Source: a virus
Lineage: Duplodnaviria > Caudoviricetes
DNA: 34,948 nt
Direction: 5' to 3' (one strand)
Virus record (IMG/VR): IMGVR_UViG_3300032280_000236
Location: 1-34,948 of that record
Shown: one piece after another, positions 17,906 through 28,300 of the stretch
Layout of the letters: each line of letters starts with the position of its first letter
Position numbering within the stretch: the first letter of the stretch is position 1
Translations under genes and position numbers: made by a program
The notes under the pieces: generated by a model
What the model was told of the DNA's origin: nothing
Database searches by the model: none
What the model saw: only the letters and a program-made list of their open reading frames with translations

Positions 17906-19102
17906 ATGTCACAAGAACTATTAGAAAGCCGCTGGGGCGAGACCAAAGAAGCATTGCTCGAAGGTTTAAACGGCTCAAAGCGCAACAGCATGGGCGTTAT
18001 CCTTGAGAATACACGCAAGTATTTGAAAGAAAACGCAAGTGCTGGTTCCACAGCATCTGGCAACATTGCCACACTTAACCGTGTGATTCTGCCAGTTATC
18101 CGTCGTGTTATGCCAACCGTTATTGCTAACGAATTGGTAGGCGTTCAGCCAATGACAGGCCCAGTTGGTCAAATTCACACTCTGCGTGTTCGTTACGCAC
18201 AGTCATTGACTGACACATCAGCAGCCGCCACAAGCGTTCAAGCTGGTCAAGAAGCATTGTCACCATTCACAATTGCACAAGCATACTCTACAGTTCCACA
18301 GGCAACTAGTACTGCTACCAACTATACTGGTAACAATACAGCGACCATGGAAGGTACAGGCGGTAAGCAAATTTCTGTGCAAATCTTGAAACAAGCCGTT
18401 GAAGCTCGTACACGTAAGTTGCAAGCACGTTGGACTTTTGAATCTGCACAAGATGCACAAGCCATGCACGGTATTGACGTTGAAGCAGAAATTATGGCTG
18501 CTTTGGCTCAAGAGATTACTGCTGAAATCGACCAAGAGATTCTCTTGAGTCTACGTTCATTGGCAGCAACTGAGTTCACATACAACCAAGCAACCGTTTC
18601 AGGTACTGCTACATTCGTTGGTGACGAACACGCCGCATTGGCTGTTTTGATCAATCGTGTTGCTAACTTGATCGCCCAACGTACACGTCGTGGCGCAGGT
18701 AACTATGCTGTTGTTAGCTCAGCCGCACTCACAGTGTTGCAATCTGCAACTACTAGTGCTTTTGCACGTACCACAGAAGGTACATTCGAAGCACCTACAA
18801 ACACCAAGTTTGTTGGTACATTGAACGGCGCTATGCGTGTGTTCGTTGACTCTTATGCAGCTGATACAACACCAGTGTTGGTTGGTTACAAAGGTTCTTC
18901 AGAAGCAGACGCTCCAGCATTCTACTGCCCATACATTCCTTTGATGAGTTCAGGCGTTGTGTTGGATCCAAGCACATTCGAACCAGTCGTGTCATTCATG
19001 ACACGTTACGGTTACATCGAGTTGACAAACACTGCATCGTCTTTCGGCAATGCTGGTGACTATGTTGGCGAGATCGCTGTGTCTAACCTTTCATTCTCCT
19101 AA
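17906..19102 (+). CDS. gp23: Major capsid protein
   Basis: IRRVMPTVIANELVGVQPMTGPVGQI, RKLQARWTFE.AQD, EITAEIDQEI, FYCPYIPL, FMTRYG; likely maturation site YLKE. Confidence 0.97.
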   Translation: MSQELLESRWGETKEALLEGLNGSKRNSMGVILENTRKYLKENASAGSTASGNIATLNRVILPVIRRVMPTVIANELVGVQPMTGPVGQIHTLRVRYAQSLTDTSAAATSVQAGQEALSPFTIAQAYSTVPQATSTATNYTGNNTATMEGTGGKQISVQILKQAVEARTRKLQARWTFESAQDAQAMHGIDVEAEIMAALAQEITAEIDQEILLSLRSLAATEFTYNQATVSGTATFVGDEHAALAVLINRVANLIAQRTRRGAGNYAVVSSAALTVLQSATTSAFARTTEGTFEAPTNTKFVGTLNGAMRVFVDSYAADTTPVLVGYKGSSEADAPAFYCPYIPLMSSGVVLDPSTFEPVVSFMTRYGYIELTNTASSFGNAGDYVGEIAVSNLSFS

Positions 19103-19131
19103 TCAGAGAAACTACCCCGAGATGGGAAGGC

Positions 19132-19160
19132 AAGAAACCTGCTTCGGCAGGTTTTTTGTT
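19132..19160 (+). terminator. Rho-independent terminator after gp23
   Basis: AAACCTGC-TTCG-GCAGGTTT followed by a T-run; cUUCGg loop typical of T4-like terminators. Confidence 0.92.
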
Positions 19161-19174
19161 GGCTAAGTATTTGA

Positions 19175-19894
19175 ATGGAACTATTAGAGTCGGGCACATG
19201 CCCAGGATCAGCAACCTTTCATCCGGGATCAATTTGCAATCTAGCATGTGTAACCTGCGGTTCAGGTGCCAGTACACGATGGCAAAAGGAACTGGGTATA
19301 CCAATCACTCCGGGCAATCCTCGAGAAATTGATCAAGAAACTATCATTGCTGCCAGAAAAATGACAGGTGTAGTCATTTGTGGTGGTGAACCTATGTTGA
19401 ATTTTAGTTCTCAAACCATGTTAGAAAATCTACGCTCCGATCAACTTGTCAGAGTTCATTTCAATGGAACTGTTATGCCTCGCCAAAGTTTCATGGATCA
19501 AAGTGCTCGATTCAAACGGATCCAATATTGTTTCAGCATTGACGGAGTGGGCAAAAGATTTGAATATCTTCGTTGGCCGGCACAGTGGGATCAAGTGGTT
19601 GAAAATATTTTGTGGTTAGTAGAAACAGCACCCGATAACATTGAGTTCAGTGTGAACATTACAATTTCACAATTGAATCGACACTATCAGAACGAGATTG
19701 TTGACTGGATCAAACAAACAATACCTCAAAATAAACATGGTAAGGAAACAGTTATAACTTATAATGATGCAGGTAACTCACTAACTCAGAAATATTTAGA
19801 CATTCTTGACAAGAAAAGAAACTTAAATTGGAGAGAACTATTTCCATTGGCAATGGTCTCAATACCAAATACTGGATTTTTATGGAACTATTAG
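19175..19894 (+). CDS. Compact radical SAM protein
   Basis: CNLACVTC, ASTRW, GGEP, FNGT, FSIDG....FEYLRWP..W. Confidence 0.85.
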   Translation: MELLESGTCPGSATFHPGSICNLACVTCGSGASTRWQKELGIPITPGNPREIDQETIIAARKMTGVVICGGEPMLNFSSQTMLENLRSDQLVRVHFNGTVMPRQSFMDQSARFKRIQYCFSIDGVGKRFEYLRWPAQWDQVVENILWLVETAPDNIEFSVNITISQLNRHYQNEIVDWIKQTIPQNKHGKETVITYNDAGNSLTQKYLDILDKKRNLNWRELFPLAMVSIPNTGFLWNY

Positions 19895-20002
19895 AATCAG
19901 GGTCGTGTCCGGGTTAAAACAACACTATTTAGATGGTCTTGACAAGAAAAGAAACTTAAACTGGAAAGAATTATTTCCCCTTGCAATTAACGACATCCCA
20001 TG
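19882..20002 (+). pseudogene. Internally deleted paralog of the preceding radical SAM gene
   Basis: MELLESGSCPG* (cf. MELLESGTCPG) joined to YLDGLDKKRNLNWKELFPLA (cf. YLDILDKKRNLNWRELFPLA). Confidence 0.85.
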
Positions 20003-21127
20003 ATACAAAGATTCAACGAACACTCGCCTTGGACCACAGGCACATTAGAAATTATAAAACAGTTTGTTCCTGGTAATGTGTTATTTCTAGAATCTAGTGA
20101 CATTGACCTAGGTCATCAAGATTGGAAACAGCAACTGGTCAGAATTAAATTGTTTATAAAACAAAAAAACATTCAAAAGATTTTAATAGATGCTACAATG
20201 AATCCGGGAATTATAGATAAAAAAAACAGCATCGAAAGACCGCACCATCAACAATGTATTACTGATCTAAATCAAGTTTGTAGAACTTATTATGTCACTG
20301 GTGATTACTCTTATTATTACAGTCCTAGTTCACAAGTTATATTTTTCCCTGCATTTTTATGGACCATTGGTAGCAAACTAGTTGATGAGTTTTTCAATGA
20401 TTCGACCAGTCGACTAAACAAAACAATATACGATACACAACTAACAAAAACAAAAAGTATCATGTGTCTTAATCGTAATTTGACCTGGCATAGACTATAT
20501 TTGTTTTCTTTGTTGGCAGAACAACCTTGGTTTAACAAAATTACATACAGTTTTTTAAACACAATTGGCAACAGACTTGATGCAATCTGTATCAAGAATT
20601 TTCTAGACGAGCAAGAGAGAGAAAAAATTAAATCCTTAGATCACTTGCTGCCAATCAATGTAACGTCAGAACTGGGTGTTGAAAAAAATAAAATTCCCAC
20701 AATGTGGATGGACGGCGCATCAAGTGTGGGAACTCTAGTGTATCAAAATCATGCTATAAATCTAGTGACAGAAACTAGCCTAACCGAAGGAATTATTCTC
20801 ACTGAGAAAACGTGTAAACCGTTCTTGGCCTATCAGATTCCTATTATTGTTGGGCCAATAGGAGCAAATCAATTTCTTCAAGATATAGGACTGGACATGT
20901 TTGAAGATTATATTCCCTGGCGCACTTGGGATAGCGAAACAGATCACAAACTTAAAATGCAAAAGATTGTGTCATTCTTAGATCAATTGCTTGCTGGCCC
21001 TACTGCCGAACAAGATATATTACTCATGCATCAGCAGATGCATCCAAGACTAGTAAAAAACAAACAGCGTTTTCACAGTCAAGAATTTCTCGATCTACTA
21101 ACTCGTCAATTAAACCTTATACCATGA
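20000..21127 (+). CDS. Putative glycosyltransferase-like protein (GT10-like C-terminal motif)
   Basis: CLNR....HR and INLVTET....ILTEKTCKP....IPIIVG resemble the EN..../Y.TEK....PIV.G motif of GT10 enzymes; AT-rich. Confidence 0.5.
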   Translation: MIQRFNEHSPWTTGTLEIIKQFVPGNVLFLESSDIDLGHQDWKQQLVRIKLFIKQKNIQKILIDATMNPGIIDKKNSIERPHHQQCITDLNQVCRTYYVTGDYSYYYSPSSQVIFFPAFLWTIGSKLVDEFFNDSTSRLNKTIYDTQLTKTKSIMCLNRNLTWHRLYLFSLLAEQPWFNKITYSFLNTIGNRLDAICIKNFLDEQEREKIKSLDHLLPINVTSELGVEKNKIPTMWMDGASSVGTLVYQNHAINLVTETSLTEGIILTEKTCKPFLAYQIPIIVGPIGANQFLQDIGLDMFEDYIPWRTWDSETDHKLKMQKIVSFLDQLLAGPTAEQDILLMHQQMHPRLVKNKQRFHSQEFLDLLTRQLNLIP

Positions 21128-22264
21128 CAGGTATTGAGCAATCTTCTTGGTAACACTCGCCCAGTCACCGCGTGTGGGTTGTCTAAACAATGTGGCAGTG
21201 GGATACCAAGGACTATTGTTGCGATCCAACAACCAACGCCAATCTTGACCGTATTGATTTAACATAACCCAGGTTGGTCTGCCCAGGGCCCCAGCAAGAT
21301 GACTAATAGCAGTATCTACAGATATTACCACATCCATGTGCATGATCAGGGCCGCAGTATCAGCAAAACTAACAATTGTTCCAGGATATCCAGTTACTCC
21401 TGCCGCCGCCAATTGGGCTTCTTCTTCGGGATCAACGTCAACTTGTAGATTGATCCATTCGTACTGTGGATTAGATTGAATCATTTCAAGTATGACTGGG
21501 AACGGCACACTCTTGTGTTGGTGAATCCAAGAGTCTTTGCGCCCACTCCAACTCACACCCACTCGCATGCGCTTTTTGGGCCCTAGTTTATCCTGCCATG
21601 CTTTTGTTAATTCTGGGTTAGCAGTCAAATAATTTTGCATTTTTGGCAAGTTATCTAAAGTAATACCCAGTATGCCAGGGATACTCATGATAGGAACCCA
21701 GTAATCAAATTCGCCCATGTCTTCGTTATATCTACCCACGTGTTTGATAATATCGCTTTGACTCAACAACGGAATCAAGCCATCAGTAACTTGTAGTTTG
21801 ACTTGGGCACCCATGGCATGCAAGTTAAAAATAAATCTTGAAAACTGAATGCAGTCCCCGTGACCTTGCTCGCCTACTACAAGAATAGTTTTGTCTCGGA
21901 TGTCTTCGCCACGCCAGCGTGGCTGTGAGAATTTTGGTTCAGTACCTTGCAAGTGCTCAAATTGCCAACGAGTTTCGTATTGCGCCCATCCGCGTTGATA
22001 GTCACCCGTCAGCAGGTATGCCACTGCCAAATTAAACTGTGCAGTAATGTTAGTGGGATCCAATAGAATAGAATGTTGTAAAAATGGTAGAGCACGTTTG
22101 GGATGACCCAGTTCACGCATGACATTGCCATAGTTACAAAATGCCGCGGCATTGTCTGGGTCTTCCACCAAGACCTGTGCATAGCACCGGAGTGATTTCT
22201 CAGGTTCGTGGTCAGCACGATACTGATTGCCTTGTTCAATTAAGTCTACTTGTTGTTGATTCAT
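21110..22264 (-). CDS. TPR-containing glycosyltransferase (GT9-like GT-B domain)
   Basis: About three TPRs, EQGHGDCIQFSRF, DVVISVDTAISHLAGALGRPTWVML, WRW....SPWYP..LFRQ. Confidence 0.88.
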   Translation of the reverse strand: MNQQQVDLIEQGNQYRADHEPEKSLRCYAQVLVEDPDNAAAFCNYGNVMRELGHPKRALPFLQHSILLDPTNITAQFNLAVAYLLTGDYQRGWAQYETRWQFEHLQGTEPKFSQPRWRGEDIRDKTILVVGEQGHGDCIQFSRFIFNLHAMGAQVKLQVTDGLIPLLSQSDIIKHVGRYNEDMGEFDYWVPIMSIPGILGITLDNLPKMQNYLTANPELTKAWQDKLGPKKRMRVGVSWSGRKDSWIHQHKSVPFPVILEMIQSNPQYEWINLQVDVDPEEEAQLAAAGVTGYPGTIVSFADTAALIMHMDVVISVDTAISHLAGALGRPTWVMLNQYGQDWRWLLDRNNSPWYPTATLFRQPTRGDWASVTKKIAQYLSWYKV

Positions 22265-22269
22265 AGGGA

Positions 22270-22313
22270 TATTTACGCCGTGGTGGTACTGTATTTTACA
22301 TTTTCGCTAAATA
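22270..22313. promoter_or_regulatory. Divergent late-promoter cores
   Basis: TAAATA on - at 22270-22275 (5 nt before the ATG at 22264) and on + at 22308-22313. Confidence 0.6.
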
Positions 22314-22319
22314 CTTGTC

Positions 22320-22391
22320 AACACAATACGGTGTTTTATGCAGGTTTCCCCTGCGTAGTGCCTAGAACGCACATTGGGCTTCTATAAGGAG
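22320..22391 (+). promoter_or_regulatory. Structured 5' leader with three hairpins and a possible pseudoknot next to the SD
   Basis: AACAC/GTGTT, TATGCAGG/CCTGCGTA, GTGC/GCAC; loop TAGAA complementary to TTCTA just before AAGGAG. Confidence 0.55.
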
Positions 22392-22398
22392 AAATCAA

Positions 22399-23241
22399 AT
22401 GGGAAGAGCTCTTAAAATACAAAAAACAAACATTGGTGCTGGTACCACTGTTTCTGGATCAGATCCAGTAGTTACTACATACAATCAAAACGTCTTGACA
22501 GACGCTGGTTTTCCTAACTTTGGATCGCTGACTAATCCGGCATTCAACACGCCAGTTCAAACACTAGACAATGCACAATTCTTGGGTGTGGTTGGTGGTT
22601 CACCTGCTACTAGTACAGCAAGTGCTACATTTCCAGAAGTTGCCGCATTGGTAAACATTTTACTTGTTGACGGATCAGATTCGCAAACAGCCACAAGTTC
22701 ATACACAGGTCGTCTCATACGCCAAAAAGGTTCACACAAGTTCCTGGTGGCCGCAACTGGTGCAACTATTGCTGATGAAGACCTGCTGGTTGGACAGGCA
22801 TATCAAATTGCGTCTCTTGGCTCAACAAACTGGCAAGCATGTGGCGCACCTGCTGGTGCCGCAGTTGGTGACGTATTCACTGTCACAGCGGATGCTGGCG
22901 CAGGAACAGGCACAGCCTACGCAGTTGGCCAATGTGTGTTGTCAAACACAGCCACACCAACAGCCGGTAACATGAGCATTCAGTATTCCACAGGTGACTC
23001 GGCTGCTGTGTTTGCCAGTTACATCACCAACAAATGGGTGCGTGACTGGAATGGCATGACTTATGGCAACTACAGCAACAGCAATTTTGGTGAGAACATT
23101 CAAAGTAGTGAAAATCAGTATGTTACCAACTTCTTCACAGACGAAGGCAATGTTACAGTTTCTGGTGGCGAATTGTCTGGAACCACACAAGTGACAAACC
23201 CTACAATTCAATTGGCACAGATTGCCAGCGTTACAAGTTAA
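22399..23241 (+). CDS. Putative virion structural protein (beta-rich, 280 aa)
   Basis: Strong SD and late promoter; MGRALKI start, IRQKGSHKFLV, T/G/A-rich. Confidence 0.65.
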   Translation: MGRALKIQKTNIGAGTTVSGSDPVVTTYNQNVLTDAGFPNFGSLTNPAFNTPVQTLDNAQFLGVVGGSPATSTASATFPEVAALVNILLVDGSDSQTATSSYTGRLIRQKGSHKFLVAATGATIADEDLLVGQAYQIASLGSTNWQACGAPAGAAVGDVFTVTADAGAGTGTAYAVGQCVLSNTATPTAGNMSIQYSTGDSAAVFASYITNKWVRDWNGMTYGNYSNSNFGENIQSSENQYVTNFFTDEGNVTVSGGELSGTTQVTNPTIQLAQIASVTS

Positions 23242-23256
23242 TTTGTAACCCCCAAC

Positions 23257-23289
23257 AATCCTCTCAGATACATACTGGGAGGATTTTTT
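23257..23289 (+). terminator. Terminator-like hairpin that also masks the next gene's SD
   Basis: AATCCTCTCAG-atacata-CTGGGAGGATT followed by a T-run ending at the ATG at 23290. Confidence 0.7.
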
Positions 23290-23874
23290 ATGGCCGCGGC
23301 ATTTGTGTTGGGTAACGGTGTGAGCCGTCAAGCAGTAGATTTAAATCAATTAAAACTATTGGGTGCCACCTACGGATGCAATGCCATCTATCGTGAGTTT
23401 GTGCCTGATGTGTTGATCAGTACAGACACGCCCATTAGCGAACGTATTCAAACTGAAGGTTACAGTCAAACCCATGTTCACTACACCAGAAAACCCTTGC
23501 CAGATTCTGGCTCAAGACGAATAGCACAAAAATATTTTGGATACAGTTCGGGACCGGTAGCAGTGGGCCAAGCTGCACTGGATGGCGCTGTTGCTATCTA
23601 TCTTGTGGGATTTGATATGGGGCCAACACGTAACGGTAGATTCAACAACTGCTATGCTGACACAGAGTTTTACAAAAAGAGTTCGGCTAATCCTACTTTT
23701 GCTGGTAACTGGACAAATCAATTAAAAACCATTGCTCGAGATTTTCCCAAGATCAGTTTCTTTAGAATAACAGGTGACACAACTGCTGAAATACGTGACC
23801 TGTTGGGGGTGGCAAATTTAGCACATATGACCATGGCAGACTTTCAAAACCGTCTTGCAACCAAAGAAATATAG
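23290..23874 (+). CDS. Maf/DUF115 (sialyltransferase-like fold) protein
   Basis: FVLGNGVSR, YGCNA.Y....PD.L...D, SSGP.A...A...G...IYLVGFD. Confidence 0.6.
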   Translation: MAAAFVLGNGVSRQAVDLNQLKLLGATYGCNAIYREFVPDVLISTDTPISERIQTEGYSQTHVHYTRKPLPDSGSRRIAQKYFGYSSGPVAVGQAALDGAVAIYLVGFDMGPTRNGRFNNCYADTEFYKKSSANPTFAGNWTNQLKTIARDFPKISFFRITGDTTAEIRDLLGVANLAHMTMADFQNRLATKEI

Positions 23875-23929
23875 CCAAAACTTAGATCCTGTTGTTTAGG
23901 TAAATATCACAAGAGGATATGGTTTACCT

Positions 23930-25291
23930 ATGACACAACAGATAATAGATGTAGGGGCAAATGCCAACGATGGCACAGGTGAGCCCTTACGCGAAGCATT
24001 TACCGCGGTAAATGACAATTTTACAGAGATCTACACTGCCGGACCGGTAGGTACCAATGTAAAAATCTCTGGTAACATAATCACAACCACAGTTACTAAT
24101 CTAGGGTTGACTCTGGCCGGCAATGGCATTGGCAACATACAGGCCAACAGCACAGTGGTACCCGGCACATCAGGCGTTTACGATCTTGGCGCTCCAGAAA
24201 GAACATTCCAGTATATCTACGGTGATTACCTAGTTGGCAATGGCGCATTGATCACAGGTATATCAGCAGGCTCTTCAATCACCAACGGGAATAGCAATGT
24301 TAGAGTCAGCGCAAATAGTAATGTTACAGTTGGTGTTAGCGGAGTCAGCAATGTTGCGGTGTTTGCTACCACAGGTGAATATGTAACTGGTGTTGTAAGT
24401 GCAAGCGGTAATATTGTTGGCGCTAATGTTTTGACCAGCGGTATTGTGAGTGCAACTGGTAATATAGCCGGCAATTATGTCATTGGTAATGGCTCACTGT
24501 TGACCGGTGTTACTGCTACATCAGCAGGCTTCCCGATTGTGGCTGGAACTTCAAATATCTCGGCTGTTGCCAGTGGCAATATCTCAATTTCCTCCAATGG
24601 TGTGAGCAACGTAATGGTTGTCTCGTCTCAAGATGTGTCAATCACAGGTAATCTGTCAGTAACTGGCAATGCAACACTAAGTGGAAACATTCTTGGCGAC
24701 AGGATACAAAACGGGAATACTTCTATTGATATTCAAACCGTTGGCGGAAATGCAAATATTTCCGTTGGTGGGGTGTCAAATGTTGCTGTGTTTGCTCCTA
24801 CTGGTGAATATGTTACTGGAGTAGTAAGTGCAACTGGTAACGTAACTGGTGGTAATGTCATAACAGGTGGTTTAATTAGTGCCACAGCCAACATCACTGG
24901 TGGCAATGTCCTAACCAGCGGCGTTGTGAGTGCAACCGGCAATGTCACCGGCAATTACTTCGTTGGCAACGGTACTGCATTAACTGGGGTACTGGCGGAC
25001 CGTGGAAATGACACAAACAACTGGGACAGCCTTACTCAAATGGGTGTATATTTGGTAAATAGAACAAGTTGGAGCGGAACGCAAGGAACTCCCCTTGATA
25101 GTCAAATTTTTGTTGGGTTATTACAAGTGCAAACAAGTCAAAACCAAGCAACAACACAAGTTTTCTATCCAGGACAAGTGAATGCAGCCGACGTAAAGAT
25201 TCAATGGGATAGAAGTTTATGGAATGGTTCTTGGACTTCTTGGATTAAGATGACAAATGATGGCCAGCAAATAAGTGGCGGTGAATTCTAA
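23930..25291 (+). CDS. Fibre/baseplate protein: gp9/gp10-like N-terminus, G/N/T repeats, pyocin-knob-like C-terminus
   Basis: IIDVGANANDGTGEPLREAF..VNDNFTEIY; SATGNVTG repeats; NWDSLTQMGVY...GLLQV...QVFYP...R..WNGSWTSW. Confidence 0.75.
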   Translation: MTQQIIDVGANANDGTGEPLREAFTAVNDNFTEIYTAGPVGTNVKISGNIITTTVTNLGLTLAGNGIGNIQANSTVVPGTSGVYDLGAPERTFQYIYGDYLVGNGALITGISAGSSITNGNSNVRVSANSNVTVGVSGVSNVAVFATTGEYVTGVVSASGNIVGANVLTSGIVSATGNIAGNYVIGNGSLLTGVTATSAGFPIVAGTSNISAVASGNISISSNGVSNVMVVSSQDVSITGNLSVTGNATLSGNILGDRIQNGNTSIDIQTVGGNANISVGGVSNVAVFAPTGEYVTGVVSATGNVTGGNVITGGLISATANITGGNVLTSGVVSATGNVTGNYFVGNGTALTGVLADRGNDTNNWDSLTQMGVYLVNRTSWSGTQGTPLDSQIFVGLLQVQTSQNQATTQVFYPGQVNAADVKIQWDRSLWNGSWTSWIKMTNDGQQISGGEF

Positions 25292-25303
25292 AAGGAAAAC
25301 AGA

Positions 25304-28300
25304 ATGTCGAATACATTATTATTAAAAAGATCGGGTACAGCCAATGCAGTTCCTGCAAGTGGAAATTTAGCACTGGGTGAGTTGGCAATCAACTATACCG
25401 ACGGCAATTTGTTTTACAAAGATGGTGGCGGCACTGTCAAAGTTATTGCAAGTAATTATTTTGTAAGTGTATCTGGTAATGTAACTGGGGGCAATTTAGT
25501 CACAGTGGGCCTGATCACTGCTACAGGTAACATTACTGGTGGTAACGTATTAACTGCTGGGCTAGTTTCAGCAACTGGAACTGTAACTGGTGGCAACATC
25601 CTAACAGGTGGCTTGATCAGTGCAACTGGTAACATTCAGGGCAATGTGTTTATTGGCAATGGTGCTGGCTTAACCAGCCTAACAGGTGCCAATGTCACTG
25701 GCACAGTGCCAACTGCAACCACTGCAGGAACTGTAACAACTGCGGCACAACCAAATATAACTTCGGTTGGTACACTAACAAGTGTGACAGTCACTGGTAA
25801 CATCGGCAGCGGCAATGTCCTAACAGGTGGACTTGTTAGTGCCACAGGCAATGTCACAGGTGGTAACTTGTTGTTTGGTAGCGGTATTGTATCTGGTACA
25901 GGTAACATCTACGCTGGCAATATTATTGCTAACTTTAGTGGTAACATCAATGCCGCAGGTTCAAACACAGAAGTTCAGTTTGCTGACACTGGTGACGTGT
26001 TGGGTGCAAGTGCCAACTTTACCTTTGACAAGTCTACCAATGCCTTGACCATCAGCAATGGTAATATCATTGGTGGCAACTTACTCACAGGCGGATTAAT
26101 TTCTGCAACAGCCACAATCACTGGTGGCAACTTGGCCACAGGTGGAACTGCAAGTGCAGGTGGCAATATCACAGGTGGTAATGTGTTGACTGGCGGATTA
26201 ATTTCTGCAACAGCCACAATCACTGGTGGCAACTTGGCCACAGGTGGAACTGCAAGTGCAGGTGGCAATATCACAGGTGGTAATGTGTTGACTGGCGGGT
26301 TGGTTTCAGCAGGCGGAACTGTAACTGGTACAAGTTTCTTGGGCGCGGTAGTATCAGTTACTGCCAACGTAACTGGTGGTAATGTGTTAACTGGTGGCGT
26401 GATCAGTGCCACTAGTACAATAACATCAGCAGCCAATATCACAGGCGGTAATATTCTAACAGGTGGGCTTGTTTCAGCAGCTGGCACCGGTACATTTGGA
26501 AACTTGACCACCACCGGTGCTAGTGGTAACATTTCAGGTGCAAACGTAATTTCTGGAACAACATTAAGTGCTACTGCTAATGTGATTGGTGGTAACATAA
26601 CCACAGCAGGTCTAGTAAGTGCCACAGGCAACGTAACTGGCAACTACATTTTGGGCAATGGCTATTTCTTAACTGGCGTTATCACTTCAGTGGCCAACAT
26701 CAACAATGGCACATCTAATGTAAACATTGCGGCAGCCAATGCCAACGTAACTGTGAGTGTCGATGGCACTGCAAACGTGGCAGTTTTTGCCACAACAGGT
26801 GAATTCATCACGGGCGTACTGAGTGCAAGTGGCAACGTAACTGGTGGTAATATTCTAACAGGTGGCTTGATAAGTTCAACTGGAACCGTCACCGGCTCAA
26901 GTTTACTTGGTTCAGTAGCATCTCTGAGTGGTAATGTCACAGGTGGTAATTTATTGACTGCCGGGTTAATATCTTCAACATCTACAATCACAAGTGCTGC
27001 CAACATCACAGGCGGTAATGTATTAACTGGTGGCCTGATAAGTGCCGCTTCAACTGTGACCGGTTCAAGTTTGTTGGGTTCAGTAGCATCGCTGAGTGGC
27101 AATATCACAGGTGGCAATGTCTTAACAGGTGGTTTGATAAGCGCCACTAGTACCATTACCAGTGCTGCCAACATCGCAGGTGGCAACTTGCTCACAGGTG
27201 GACTTGCATCGGTAACAGGTAATGTAACTGGTGGTAATGTATTAACCGGTGGACTAGTTAGTGCCACTGCCAACGTAACCGGTGGTAACGTATTGACAGG
27301 TGGATTGATATCTGCCACATCAACGATCACAAGTGCTGCCAACATCGCAGGTGGCAACTTGCTCACAGGTGGTTTAATAAGTGCGGCATCAACAGTCACT
27401 GGCTCAAGTTTGTTGGGTTCAGTGGCATCGCTGAGTGGTAATGTCACAGGTGGCAACTTGTTATCCGGTGCCATTGTATCTGCTAGTGGCAACATTCAAG
27501 GTGGCAACATCCTAACCGCTGGTCTAATATCAGCAACTGGCAACATCCAAGGCGGCAATGTAAACACCAACCAAATTCGTAACGTAAGTGGAGCATTGAC
27601 CATTGGCGTAACTGGTGGGAACTTGTTGTTGCAACCAAGTGGTAACGTTATATTATCCGCCAATACTTATATCAACAACTTGGCATATCCTTTTGCTTCC
27701 TCTGATGCGGCCACCAAAGAATACGTGGATAACCTGGCCACAACTGCTATTGCATATCATCAAGCAGTAAATGTGGCCACCACAGCCAACTTGGCCACTA
27801 CCACAGGCGGCGCAATTACCTACGCTCAACCCAACGGCGTAGCCAATGGTATTGGCGCGACAATTACCACAACTGGCACATTCGACTTGATTGATACTGG
27901 CAACGTACAGACCCTGGGCACACGTATCCTGGTCAAGAACGAAGGCAACGCAGTATTCAATGGTGTGTACACCTGGTCAAATGCTACAGTGATCACTAGA
28001 TCAACTGACACAGACCAATACGGTGCAAACAGTGCAGAAGAATTTAGTATCAACGACTACTTCTTTGTTCAAAGTGGTAACGTCAATGCCGGCTCTGCTT
28101 ATATTGTAGACTCACCCACGGGCACAATCACATTTGGTACATCAAACATTGCTTTTGCCCAGTTCAGTTCAAGTCAAGTTTACACAGCCAATACCGCAGC
28201 CGGTATCAGTTTAAATGGTACAGTAATCAATGCCAAGACAGATAACGTTACCACAGCATTTGACGGTGGTGGTAACATTATTGTCAAAGCCAGTGCAAAC

